DNA of 64,000 nucleotides, from assembly GCA_002245135.1 (NCBI GenBank), contig NGBS01001172.1, forward strand, positions 62,001 to 126,000, read 5' to 3'. The stretch comes from Proteromonas lacertae (lineage: Eukaryota). A program made the translations under genes and the position numbers. Below are positions 12,385 through 25,671 of the stretch, piece by piece (the stretch's first letter is position 1; every line of letters begins with the position of its first letter). A model generated the notes under the pieces. The model made no database searches, was not told the origin of the DNA, and saw only the letters and a list, made by a program, of their open reading frames with translations.

Positions 12385-12890
12385 AAAATAACTATGGGAT
12401 TACTAAGAATATGTTTTTATTATATAGTGAGTCAAATGATATAAAGGAAAAGTATTCTCTCTTTCAAACTGTGTTAATGAATTACATATCAAATGGTAAA
12501 GCGATAAAGTCACATCAGATATTCAACCATAATTATGTAGAATATGACAAAAGGATAGATCAAGAGACACTAAACAACAAATTATTTCAATTTATAACGT
12601 ATGATGGAATTAGTACTTGTATATTGGATTCATTCCTGTTTAGAAGTTTTTGTCAGAATAAATGTGTATACTAATTTTCTAGAAGAAAGATATAGTCAAT
12701 TACAAGTATATTAATTATATATATTTTCTTAAAGAATTCATTAAAAACAAAACTTCAACATCGTGACTGCAGTTTAACAATAGATGGGTGGAAAAGCCAA
12801 ATCTGTATACAGTTCATTGCAATATCATGCTTCTATTACACTCAACAATTTGAATACAAAATCAAAACAATTGTAGGTGAAGTAAATGAT
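12385..12890 (+). mobile_element. Decayed hAT transposase fragment
   Basis: Broken frames encode TMGLLR (BED remnant), LNNKLFQFITYDGISTCILDSFLFRSF, and CSLTIDGWKSQICIQFIAISCFYY (first catalytic D-G-W motif at 12783-12791). Stops and frameshifts present; no TIRs recognised. Confidence 0.75.
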
Positions 12891-13480
12891 GAATGCGATT
12901 ATTCTTCTTATTATTTTTATTATTCAAAAAAAATTGGTGATAAAAATTAGGATTTAACTAACTATTACTATTATTGTCATTTATATTGAAGTATTACTTC
13001 TCTATATAAAATTGATAATATCCAATCTAAAACTGGTTTCAATAAAATAATGTAAATATTTACTGTTGAAGAAGTGATAGGTCCATATACATTTGATAGT
13101 TCTATTGGAATAGATATAAATAAATGTTCATATTTAACTATATATTACAATAATTTTATTGGAAGTTAAAATATATATCCATATTTAAATTGTTATAAGT
13201 TTGAATTATGTCATTGATATAGCCTTCCTTACAATAAGTTACTTCATATTATGTATTATCAATTTGTTTTATAATTATTTACATACTAATTAGCGTATAT
13301 ACTATCTTCTATACTACTATATAAATAAAAAAATTCTCAAAAATTGATGAGGCTTAATTTATATTATATTTGTGTATAATAGCAGTACTCACAATCGAAG
13401 GAAACAATCGATCAATACAATCGATGATTGTTCTGTAATGAAAAATTAATCATAAGCAAAGACTAATTAGGCTATATTAT

Positions 13481-16400
13481 TTATAAACAATTATCTTCCA
13501 GTTTGTTCTCCATTCTCTCATTAACCATAATTTCTACAACCAAATCTTTTGATAATATTTCTTCCAACACAATTTTGTTTCTTAATACACTATGATCTTT
13601 CTTATCTTTACCATATAACTTCAAATACCTTACAACAAAATTATCTCTTACTAAATACACATCATACGTAGTAAGAGACATATACATTCCCAAGCAGTTA
13701 TGTTTCTTTATACTATGATTTATTACTTCTCCTTTTTCTTCACTTCTACAACATAATTTGCCTAAACATAATCTCTTTCCACATAACAAACATATACCAT
13801 TTGTATTATTAATATTACAATTCTTACAACATATATCCTTATACATACTATTCAACATTAATGGATCATTTGGAATGTTTATTAAATGCTTCTTAGTAAG
13901 AAAATCTCTTCTTTTAGCTATATCTAATTTTATATTTCCATCAACATTTACGTCTAATAAATCAAAATATTCCATAATTTTCTCTATATTTACTTCTGGA
14001 ATGTGAATATTTTTCTTTGTAGATGAAAAACAACCAACTAATAAGGTGGACTAATTCTATGTGAGGTTTAAAAACAGTTAGAATATCATTTCTTAACGAC
14101 ATAAAATCCTCTGCTATATCACTTGAATAGAGCAACATTACTAAAAATTTATGTATATCTTTCCATTTTAATAATCTTTATGATTCTTTTATACATCTTT
14201 GGATTCTTACATAATATATTCATATATGATGAAAGTAGACTATCAAATAGATAGATCTTTAAAGTATGATAAATTTCTTCTTCATTATTACATGCAAATA
14301 GATTAACAAGCAAAATAGATATAAAATCTTTATCAAAATACTTCTCCATTTCCTCTCTTTCGATATAATCTCCTCTGAAATTCTCATAAAAGTAATACTA
14401 TTCAATAAATATTCTGAAACACATTATTATATTATACCTGTGAGTTAAATAATAAGCATTTCAACATATATCCATTCATTTTAAATGTAGTATTCTCAAT
14501 TTTATATATTATATCAGTTAAAGTTGTAGTTAAGCATATCAATACTTCTTCGACATTTACTGAATCTAAATGAAAATAAAGGAACACAGCCTTTGGATTC
14601 TGCATGTGAAGGTAATTTAGTCCCATTAAAGTTCCATTGACGAAAAATGAGTTTATCGTTAAAACAATTGTAATTTGTAATTGAATTATCAGATTTAAAT
14701 GTAATACTTCTATCGTTAACAGGTATTAATAGACATAAATTATAATAGAGATAATGCAATAACCTATTCAATTACAATAAATAATATTAACAAATATACG
14801 TTGGAAGTATAAATTCTCCTTTGAGAAGATCAACACATGAAAAAATTGTTGTTTCGTTATGTGATATCTGCTGCATAATATACACTACAGATTGATGTTC
14901 TAAACAGTCGATATGATAATGATAAAAGTTCATTTTATCATCTATAACTACTTTAAATAAAGGATAATTCTTGTTATTATTATCCCTCCATTTATATTGA
15001 TTGTCATATGATGTTACTCTTTGATAATTGACAGGTATTACTACATTTTCATCTGAATTTGATGTACAGTAACAAAGATCATTCTCATAATCATCATTAC
15101 CAAAAGGTTCTATATATTTTTCTATAAACTTTTTCTTCTTTTCTCTAATAATGTGTATTTTTGATAATTTTCTTTTTTCTGTTTTTATATATGCATTATT
15201 ACATTCTGTTTCAAATCCGAAGGTATTGAAAATATAATTCATCTGAAATTTAATTTGATGTAATATTTTATTATCCTTGAGATATTTCATCACTTTTTCA
15301 TCTTCTAAATGATCTTTAAGATCATTTAAGCATTTTGAATATCTTCCATCATTATTTGTTTTTTCATTCATTTGACAATATACTATTTTTATAACAATCA
15401 TCCAAACAATAGGTTCAATTATATGTAAATTATTAGGAAATGTTTTTATAGTTTCAACAATTATTTCATCATACCTTTCAGTGAATATAATATTAACAAT
15501 ATTCTTGTTATATCTATTTAAAACTGGTATTGGAAAAGGAGGATTCCATTCAGTTATAAAAAACTTATCAAAAGAATTACAAGACTTACTTTTTACATAA
15601 TATGGATCATAGAATGAATAATACTCTGATTTTATGTGATACTTCATAATTCTTTTTTCACCCATTGAACTAATATCACATAATTTAGCTAGTATTTCAT
15701 CTATATTTGATAATACTTTATTCAACTCAGAAGATTTATAGAAATAATAGTTATTTTCAATATATTTCACTATATCCTCTTTTGTAAGATATTGTTTAAA
15801 GTGAATTAAATGAATTAAGTCTTTCTCAATAATGTCTCTAAGATAAGTTTCTTGGTTTGGACAATTTGTAATAAAAGTTAATAGAAAGAACAAAAAGTTC
15901 GTTTTTAATAAGTAAGGTGTATTTTCATTATCGTATTTATCTTTGACATTTATTTCAAATCTATATATATACATATAATATAAACCTTTATCATACGCAT
16001 CTTCTAAAAATGTGATAATCTGTTGTGATTCTACTTCTGATAGAATAAACTGTATATAAGTCATAAAATATTTCGACTGTAATGTATTGAACGATGTTTT
16101 TCTCTATATATACAAAATAATAATTCATAAATTATACTTCATGTTCTATAGTATGAACTTCATTCTTCCATAATAAGCTGTTGATTTGAATAAATGTATA
16201 AAAATAATGAATTACTCCTTGTAATATAGGAGGAACAATTGATTCACATTTAAAATCTGACAAATCTTCATCAACTTTTAAATCCAAAAAGTAGTTCAAT
16301 ATATTTGGATATGTTAAAAGTGTATTTCTAGAATACTGCGGTAATGTCTGGATTAGTAATGAATATAGCTTATCGTGATATTCATCATTACTATTTCTAA

Positions 16401-18079
16401 GTAATAACATTCCAATTAATGATTCAAATATAAAGGAAAATCTTCCTTTTACACACACTGCTGTTCTTGACATATACAAATTTTCATGATATTTTTTATC
16501 AAAATAATATTTTGGAAAACAATGTATTCTAATGAAGATCTTTTTCATTATTTCCATTTCATCATCTTCTCTTGATGAAGTAAATAATGGCATTAACAAT
16601 TGATATGATGAAAAAAAGCAACTTCTAAAAAGCAGAGTAGTGGGATCAGATTGTTGAGTATCTTTCTTTGTTTTTCTTTCTAAATATCCATTATCCTATA
16701 AATGTATATTTCATTTATATTATATAATATACAGTATTTTTGAGTAGAGTTTCTATTGTATCTAATATTAGATCAATATTAATTCTACACATTTCTGAAT
16801 TATCCATCAATATACTCAATAATTTACACCAAAATTTAAACAACTCTTCATATAGATGCGGTTCTTCATTATCAAATGAATATTTATTTTGAAAATTGTA
16901 ATTCAATGTATTCTTTAACAAATCGCTTGTAAAGAATGTACAACAATTAAAAAGTCTTTCAACAGGATTTTCAATTCTTTTTAATAATTCTGCATCTTTA
17001 AAGATAATATTAACTAATGGCTTTATTTTTTCAATTGAACAATAGCCTTCAATTGAATCTATAAAATATCTATAAAAAACATCAAAAAATATATGACTTA
17101 TGCAATTCTTCAAAATATTCATTTTCAACAGATTGATTATCAATAATATAATACTATCAATTAAATCAGGAGTGAATTTTAATAAATTAAACAACATCAG
17201 ATGTAACAGTGAGAATTTACTATCATCAAAGTATTTTTCACTTAAAACTGATTGATAATATTTTAATAATGTAACATTCTCTTCAGTATGTTTTATTGAC
17301 TGAATGAACTATTACATAATATAATTATTATGAATATTTATACATATTTAGCAACAGTTTCAAGGAAAGGCTCAAAATCTGAATGTGAATTAATCCAAAA
17401 GAGAAATGATTTTACACTTATTCTTGTTTGAATTGGTAAAACATAATACTTCATTCTTATTTCTGGTGGATAGGAAAGATTTACTATTAAATTCATAGAA
17501 TCCATCTATTTTGAATTTATTATATTTTTGTTCTACAGGATTATCTTTATCTACTTTACTACAAAGATTTTTAAAAGCAGCAAAATGTGAAAAATCCTTA
17601 AAACTTTTTGAATAAAAACATATTACTTTCACATTCATATCATTTTTATTTGTATGACTATCGCTTGTAATTTCTGTGAATGATCTTATCATTTTGGGAC
17701 ATAATTCAGAGAGCTTTTTTATCTATATCTTCTAGATTTACTGATGAGTAATCGTAATAATAACATTTTTCTTCACTATAATCGTTATAAGTCTTAATAA
17801 TGTTTTTGTTATTGAAATAAGTATTTGAGGCGTTTAAAGGAGATTGACATATTAATTCTGTATCATCCTATAATATAATTACTGATAGCATCATTATACA
17901 GATAATATGGTAAATATATACTTACCTTCTTTAAAAAGTTCTTCTTTCAACTTTTCAAATTTACACTTGTCATAATCCTTTCTCTGAATATTAAGTTGCT
18001 TATCAAGTTCAGTTGGATTAATTCTTAATATATCATTGAAATTACTTATGTATTCACGATTTAAAGGTGAATTATTCAT
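13481..18079 (-). CDS. Divergent UBR1/2/3-like E3 ligase (no recognisable UBR box), multi-exon
   Basis: C-terminal CKNC..CLLCGKRLCLGKLCC..GEVINHS..CLGMYMSL matches the UBR C-terminal Cys-rich domain; central DLIHLI..YDPYY region. Apparent +1 insertions near 14645 and ~17400. Confidence 0.6.
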
Positions 18080-18151
18080 TATAAAATTGAATAACGAATA
18101 TATTTCTATTAATTAAAAAACAACACATAATATAACTTATTTTAAATAAAT

Positions 18152-19152
18152 CTATTTTGCTTTTACTGTATTCTTTAATGGAAGCCTATTAATCCCTTTA
18201 GGAACATTAGTTTTAGAAATTGACAATTTATTTGGTTTAATGATTTTAGTTTTACCAGATGGAGTTAATCCTTTAGGTATCTTTGATGGTATTGGATACA
18301 TATTCTCTTTATCTTTTGAAGGAGAGGATTGTTTAACCACTTTCTTCACATTCTGAAGGTGTAGCGAATAGCTTTTTCTTTTCATTTTTCATAGTAATCG
18401 TATTTGCAGTGTATTTAGATGGTATAAGGGATTTATTTTGTGTTTTTGGAGTTTTGTAGAAATCATTGTTTGTTTCATTCTTATCTTTCAATATTTTCTT
18501 CAGACTTTGATTTAGTAAGCATTGTTTCTGTTAAATATATCCTTTCTGGCTCTGAATAAAGATCAATTAGTTTATCATCTATTTTTGGTTTTTTATCTTC
18601 AATTTTTAAAGTAACTAACTCACTGGTAATTCCCATTTTAACATCAGCAATGCCATTCAGAAAGTCACAAAGGATTGAAGTGTTTGAAACATCATTAAAA
18701 CTCTCTTCAATAACATTTGCATGTAGAGGTTTATATTCACCTTGCGATTTAGTTATATTCTCTTTTTCTTCTTTTAACTGTTCTACTGAAATCTTTATAT
18801 CACTCAGAAGACAAAATTGCTCATTATTTATTCTTTTCAGTTCTTCATTTTCTTTTTCTAGTTTATCAATTTTCTGTATTAATATATCTGAATCATTTCT
18901 ATTATCACTATTTGCGCTTACTACAACAGTTTTACTTACTGATTGTTCTTCTGGCTTCACTTCTTCTTTTATGTTGGATAATAAAGCTTCTAGTTTTTTA
19001 ATATGTTGAGTAAGTTGATTATAAATTTCATTTCTTATAGTAATTAAAGAATCTTTCTTGTCTGAGATTTGATTATCTATATTCTTTGTAATTTGATCGT
19101 AACATGAGTTTAGTAAAGATAGAAAGTTATCTGTTTCGTTATCATTATTCAT
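18152..19152 (-). CDS. Hypothetical coiled-coil protein with basic, Pro/Ser-rich tail
   Basis: ORFs 18481-19191 and 18152-18385 join via an open intermediate frame if two single-base insertions are removed. Confidence 0.55.
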
Positions 19153-19267
19153 CTTCAAGTAGTGACTGTTTATTTTTTTTAAATATCTCAAGCCAAGCTT
19201 TGTGTATTTTTGTGTATTTCTTCAAAAAACAACAAAAATGTATATGTTATAATCGAATTAATGTTAA

Positions 19268-20755
19268 TTAGAAACGTGCTCTATTTAATTCTTCATACTG
19301 TTTCTTTGCTAAACCTAAAGCCTTATCAGTTTTACTATCTTCTGTTGAGAACCACCATTCATACAACTCTATTCCTCTTGTACGAGATCTTTCCAACCAT
19401 TTAGGATTAGTAAAGTTTAGCAATATACCATCAAATGGTGATTTTGAATTACTAACCAAGAAAAATCCATCTGGTGGGTATTTTATATCAATCCTTTTCT
19501 GACCAATTTGAGCAATAAATTGATAATGAGCTAAAGCCAATCTTTTAATATAAGAGGGATGATACAACTTTTCCTTCAAATTAACAGCATACTCTTCCAA
19601 AATTCTACCACAAGTGATAAAGTAAGGCATATTATGATCCATCATAGCTTGTTCTAATATCCTACTAGCAAAAAACCCTACTTGATTCCAATAATCGTGT
19701 GTAATTGCAGCTTCCCACCCTTCTTCATCATCTTCATCAGTCTGCAGACGTTGTAACAGTGTTGCTGGACCATTAATATCATGCCATCTCTCTACAAATG
19801 TTTGAAATTGTTCAACATAAGAAGGTAATGTTTGATTGACTGAATATATTCTTCGAACTATTCCAAATGGTTCTATTTTGAAATACTTTTTGAATTGTGG
19901 TGTTGAAACATCTGCCTAATGTTATAATAACAAATATATATCACATATATATACAAACCCTGTAATATATATTCCACCTGGAAATTGGAATTCATTAACT
20001 CTTAAAAAGTCAGTAAAATTATAACCACCTGGAGACTATATAATAATAATAATAATTATTATTATTATTATTCTATATACAGTATCATTTCCATAATAAT
20101 CTAAAAAGAAAGTTCCATTAGGTAAGAATAAATGACTAAATATAGTTTCACGATGTGATGTTGGTAATCTCAATACTTGTCTATCAGCTTTCACAATATG
20201 TTCATCCATTCGATATCCTTCACAAATTGTTAAATATCTGGTTGGCATCCAATGTAAATCGCTTTCTAAGAAGATTATTGAATGATTCTATTTATAATAA
20301 TAATTATAGAATACTGGTAATTGTGATAATAATGCAGTTGCATACTGTGTGAAATAATAATGATCATGTTTATCAGATATCTTATAATTGACTTTTAATT
20401 GCAAAAAGATTAATATTGAAGCAATTACACATGAGATCATATGAAAATTCATTTTTATTGTTTTAGATAAAGATGATAGAATAACTGATAAACCAATTCC
20501 ATAATAATGAAACATTAAAATATTGGGTTGTTGCCAAAATCTAGAAATTACTCCTCTTGAATGTGGATCTAATACACTGATGTTAGATAACATGTGAAAT
20601 ACAATTAAATAACTATTAATTATTAAAACAATAATAAAAAAAAAATACAATGATAAAGCTGATAACATTCCTGTTGCTATTATTTTTGGTGATATTTTAG
20701 AATTTTCAAAACTTATTAATTTTTCTTTAAATGTATAAATTATACCAAGTCTATA

Positions 20756-20798
<43 letters not shown>

Positions 20799-21768
20799 TT
20801 TATACATTACAAAGATTGGTCCAATATATAAACTCTCTTTTGTTGAATAATCCCATATCCAATATTGTAATCTTAATAATGTCGATTCATTATCATGTTT
20901 ATCAGGACTTAATTGAAATGTACCATAGGCTTTACGTAATATATGATAAAAGAAACCTTCAAATGTGGATGGAGCTCCAAAAATAAATGGTTTTGGGTTA
21001 AAAATATCAGTTATCATTAGATAGAAATAAGGTAATAAACCAACACCAAATAACAAGCCAAATCTTATTAAATCAAATATGTTTATTTCATTTCTAAATA
21101 GATATAAAATCCATAATATTAATGGAACTTCAAAGAATAGAATTGACTGTTGATTTGTCATAAAAAATCCACATAATAATGCACCTAAATTAACATCACT
21201 CATTTTGTGGTATATTCCTACTTTTAAACTTTGATAAATTAATATTGTGTTGAATAAATTATTCATTGCAAATACTTCACCATCTATTGCAAATCTCCAG
21301 ATTAATGGAGAAAATGAATATCTATTATTTGATAATATAATTATAATATAAAATATATACATTATTGGTGCAGCTATTATCGCATATTGATTATAAAACT
21401 TAGAATCCTTTGTCCACCAGTCTAAATTTATATACATCATACAGGCTGCACAACTACTAATAACTATTAAATAGCTAGACTATTTTATTTAATACTTGCA
21501 GATAATAAATTGGTACACCAACCTGGATCTTCCATATCAAATAATTTCATAAACAAATGATATATTATGATATAGGTTGGATAGCCTGGAGGATGCGCAA
21601 CACCTAAATGACATGCTTCACCAATTAACTCACCACTAGATAAATAAATACACTCCAATATGGATACCTATCACCTCCTGCAATAGTTGGGTACAATGTA
21701 CGATAATATACTGATAAAGTTATGGCAAATATGGATGGCAAGACATATAAATTTGGTATTTTATTCAT
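19268..21768 (-). CDS. TMEM260: TMEM260-like (DUF2723) membrane glycosyltransferase, multi-exon
   Basis: [39 protein letters not shown] and HILRKAYGTFQL motifs. Confidence 0.9.
20750..20797. repeat. (TAA)n microsatellite inside a TMEM260 intron; representative of many intronic (TA)n/(TAA)n tracts
   Basis: Direct read of tandem TAA units. Similar tracts at ~8220, 24470, 27030, 27545, 50297, 53370. Confidence 0.9.
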
Positions 21769-21828
21769 TTGCTTGATTTGATATAAATTAAAAATATATT
21801 CGTTTTAATTTCGTTTTGAAATATAAAA

Positions 21829-22991
21829 ATGTCTCAATTTCCTCAACTACAGGGTAGATCGACTGATGATTTTGGTAAAACATTGACAATTGGTGTGAAA
21901 TCTTTATCGAGTCTAAGTACAGAACTTGAAAGGCCATCTGCATCGTATATTCTTTGTAGTTATTCCAATAGTATTTCTGATGATAAATATTTGAAATCAA
22001 AATATTCTAGACTAATGAAATCCTGTAAATCTGCTGGAGTATTTCGTGAATTGTATTTTACAAAATATTCATTTTTATAGAGATCAAAAGATATTGGTAT
22101 CCACCATCCAATCAAAAACAAAACAGAGTAGGAAGATGTAAAGTCCAAACATTCGATCCACTTCGATCAGAAGTATCAACACCGAAAAGTGCTATTTCTC
22201 CTAAATCTTCATCATCAGATCCATTTGAAGTTCAATTAATAGAATCATTGGGAGGTGATAATTATGTCTCAGTAAGAGGAATAGAACCAAATGCAAAAAA
22301 ATCAAGGAAATGTTTCAACGTAATAAAGAGATATATAGAATATAATAACACAAGATATAGTCAACCACTCCAAGAAGCAGTAGAACAAGTAGAAGTTGCT
22401 TTATTTCACAAATATTCACATAAATCAATGGATGATCAACTGTACAGTACGGAGTATTATCAGAGCCAATCATTGATAGAGTCATTACAGCATCGAATAT
22501 CGAACTTAGAGACTGATTTAGATGACAGAAAACACGAAATTCAGGAATTAGAATTAGCTAAAGATAAACAAGAGATTGATTTGAAGGACATAATAGCTAA
22601 TAAGAATGATATTATTTCTGAATTAAGGAAGACTGAGAAAAGAAACCAGTATATCCTAGAAATGTATGAAGATGAACAACAATATAGACAGCAAGTAGAA
22701 AAGAAGTTTAATCAATTGGTAATACAGAAAAGAGAAGATGATGAGAGATATAACAATCTATTACAACAACATAAAGAATTACAGGATTTATATGATGATT
22801 CATCGAAGCGATTGTCTGAAATTGCTACTGAAGTATTTTTAGATTTATTTTTTATTTATTTTTAGAAAGCATTAGCTTGTAGGGCTGTTGATAAATTGAA
22901 AGATGAGTGTTTGGAGTATAAAGATAAATTGGAGAAAGTATCAAGAGATTTAGCAAAGTGTAGAGTATTGCTGGATGCATTAAGGAAATAA
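21829..22991 (+). CDS. Hypothetical coiled-coil protein, multi-exon
   Basis: ATG 21829, main exon includes ORF 22248-22865, last exon ends ..LDALRK* (TAA 22989-22991). Confidence 0.65.
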
Positions 22992-23216
22992 GTATTGTTT
23001 TTTGATTTAATTTAACATTATTTTTATTTATTTTGAATGTATTTTTTATAAATTGAGTATTATAACATATAATATAAGCAATTAAATACTTTAAACTTAA
23101 ATAGTTCAGAAATTTATAAAAATCTGTAAATCTCACCAATTCAATTGTTTGCAACTACATATTACATAACCAAAACAACAAACAATATATTTATAAACTT
23201 AAAAAATCTATTAAAC

Positions 23217-25490
23217 CTAAAATAATGTATTAATGAGATAAGATTTTGGAATAATTATAGGATCAAATAAGGAAGGAGTTCTAAAAGGAGTATCTAAAAG
23301 AGATATATCACTACCATCATCAGCACATAACGCATCCACCAGACTCAATAAATCATTATAAACAACACCAAATTCATGCTGAAGTAAATCAGTTAAAACA
23401 GCTTTATTTTGATAGTAATTATACCAAAAACATAGCAATTCTCTATAGCTTCGAATATTGTTATTATTTCCACTGCATGTATAATTCTCTCTTTTTAAAT
23501 TTGCTAAAAATGAAGATAATTTGCCTTCTCTCGCTTTCATAAACAGAATTATTAAAATCGTATTTATACAGCATAGATTATCTGAACTTAGCGTTTTAAT
23601 TGTCACATTACTCATCAAAGTGATTAAAATGATATATAAATTCTCATCTTTTATTAATGACATTAAATCGCTATTTTCATCTATATTATATACTCTATAT
23701 ATAAATATAATAATATTTAATTTATATACTTTAAAAGATTCAATTTCTTCGCTTCATAATATCCAATTATAAGTGATCTGATAAACAAATTTGCTTGTCT
23801 TATAACACTCATTACGACAGATGTAAAGTTATATTGTAACAGTTTCGTATCTTCTATCATTTTACCAATAATAGCTGGGTTAAACCTCACCAATTTCCCT
23901 AACAAATCAAAACAATCATTTGCTTCACCAGATAAACTACCAATATCTTTATAGAATCTCTTATTTAATTGATTATAGATCCACACTCTAGTTTTATTTG
24001 TACATAATTTACAGCTAATATAATTATTTACTACTGATAATATCCAGGTTTTAAGTTTATGATGTGGATAATCCAAGTAGCATTGGATTAAATGAACGAT
24101 CATACTGTTGTTTAGAAAAAATGGAGGAAAAACATTGCCTATATAACTAATAAAATATATATACTATTTAAATCCATATAATTCTCAACAATTGATGGTA
24201 GAAATACATTATCTTTATACATATTCGGAGTTACACTTAACATTTCATAATAATGATGTAATAAACGATATAATTGTATTTTCAATGTTATCATTAGTGT
24301 ATCTTCATTATTAAACAATCCTGTAGGTAAATCAGATTCCCATAATAAATTATAATAGAACTTGACTGAGATATTAGAGAAATTGTTTCTTAATAGTGTA
24401 TTTTGTACTACATATTTCATACCTCCTCCTAAGAGAACACCAAGACTAAATAACAGTGGAATCTATTGAAATATATATATATATATATATATTATATACT
24501 GCTGGTGGTAATAATGTTATAGTAATAGCAAAATAAACTGGATTATTGAAATGTAGATTTCCATCTTGATAGATTCTGTTAAATAAATTCAAATAGGTTT
24601 GAGATGTGATTGGTGTAATAGTTGGAATAGAATTACCATTCCATTGCAATATAATCAACTAATTATATATATATATAATTCATACTGAATCTAATATTCC
24701 ATATAATTGATTTAATGCAGTGATTGGTTCAATATTTTTAGTGTATAAGTACTTTATGTAATTCTTAAGATCTTCACATTTAGCTATATGATCGATTATT
24801 GATACACATCTAATAATAATAATAATATATATATATATACCTTGGTATAAAAGTAGGAGATTCTGCCAATATTTTATGGTTTTTATATATTATACTATTC
24901 TCAGAAAATCTATCTTTTAGATGTAGTAATATGCTTAATGTCCCATTTTCATTCTATTTAGGTGATTTATTAATAATTATTCAATATACAGATGAGACAG
25001 GGTAGAGAAATGAGACAAAACTGTGCATCATGTGAGAAAATGTCTTAATATTGTAATTTCTTATCATTTGTTCAAAGTTTGGGATTTTTGAAATGTCAAA
25101 TAATCGATTACGTTTTTGTACAACAAGATCAAGGAGATCTATGTAATTAATACTCTATAAAAGTATACACATTACTAAAAAACATACTTCATCGTGAGTA
25201 GTTAATTTTAATATTGCAAAAATGATTCTATCATCGTTGATAATAAGCTTATTCCTAAAACACAGTGCTTTATCTAAACCTGTTTTCAACATATCAATTA
25301 ATGTGCAAATTATGACGTATAGATCACGCCTCCTTTCGTATTCATCAGATATCCTTAGAAAAAACTCATATACAAAATTAAACTCTTCTGTGTCATAAAA
25401 TAATGCGGATGTTTCTGCACGTGTCTTTAAAAGAGTAGAAACCTGAAGACATTTGCCATCTGCTAACAGCTGCTCGATTTGGTTATTCAT
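23217..25490 (-). CDS. TRPC4AP/TRUSS (DUF3689)-like protein, multi-exon
   Basis: FDLLGKLVRFN, LSSDNLCCINTILIILF..R and YRELLCFWYNYY resemble the TRPC4AP C-terminal region. Confidence 0.75.
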
Positions 25491-25671
25491 AAAATATAAT
25501 GAGTCATCTTTAATGGGATATAGCTAGGAAAAAAAAAAATAATGCATTAATATAGATACTTTAGTGTAAGAAGTACTAAGCTCACTCTGTAATAAAAAGA
25601 GGTTTTTATTCATTTCAAAGGCTTGACTTACGGCTTGAGATGATTTATATTTGAAAATTTAAACTATCAAA

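Noticed and set aside
18330..18490. Euplotes-like programmed +1 frameshifting at stop codons (AGA-TAA, GGT-TAA)
   Set aside because: At sites where the position can be fixed (formin repeat, kinase LPF, EF-hand) the extra base lies upstream of the stop, and there is no shared slippery motif.
21637..21668. TMEM260 intron starting GTATCCAT as a U12-type intron
   Set aside because: Does not match GTATCCTT fully, has no CCTTAAC branch site, and is of ordinary short length.
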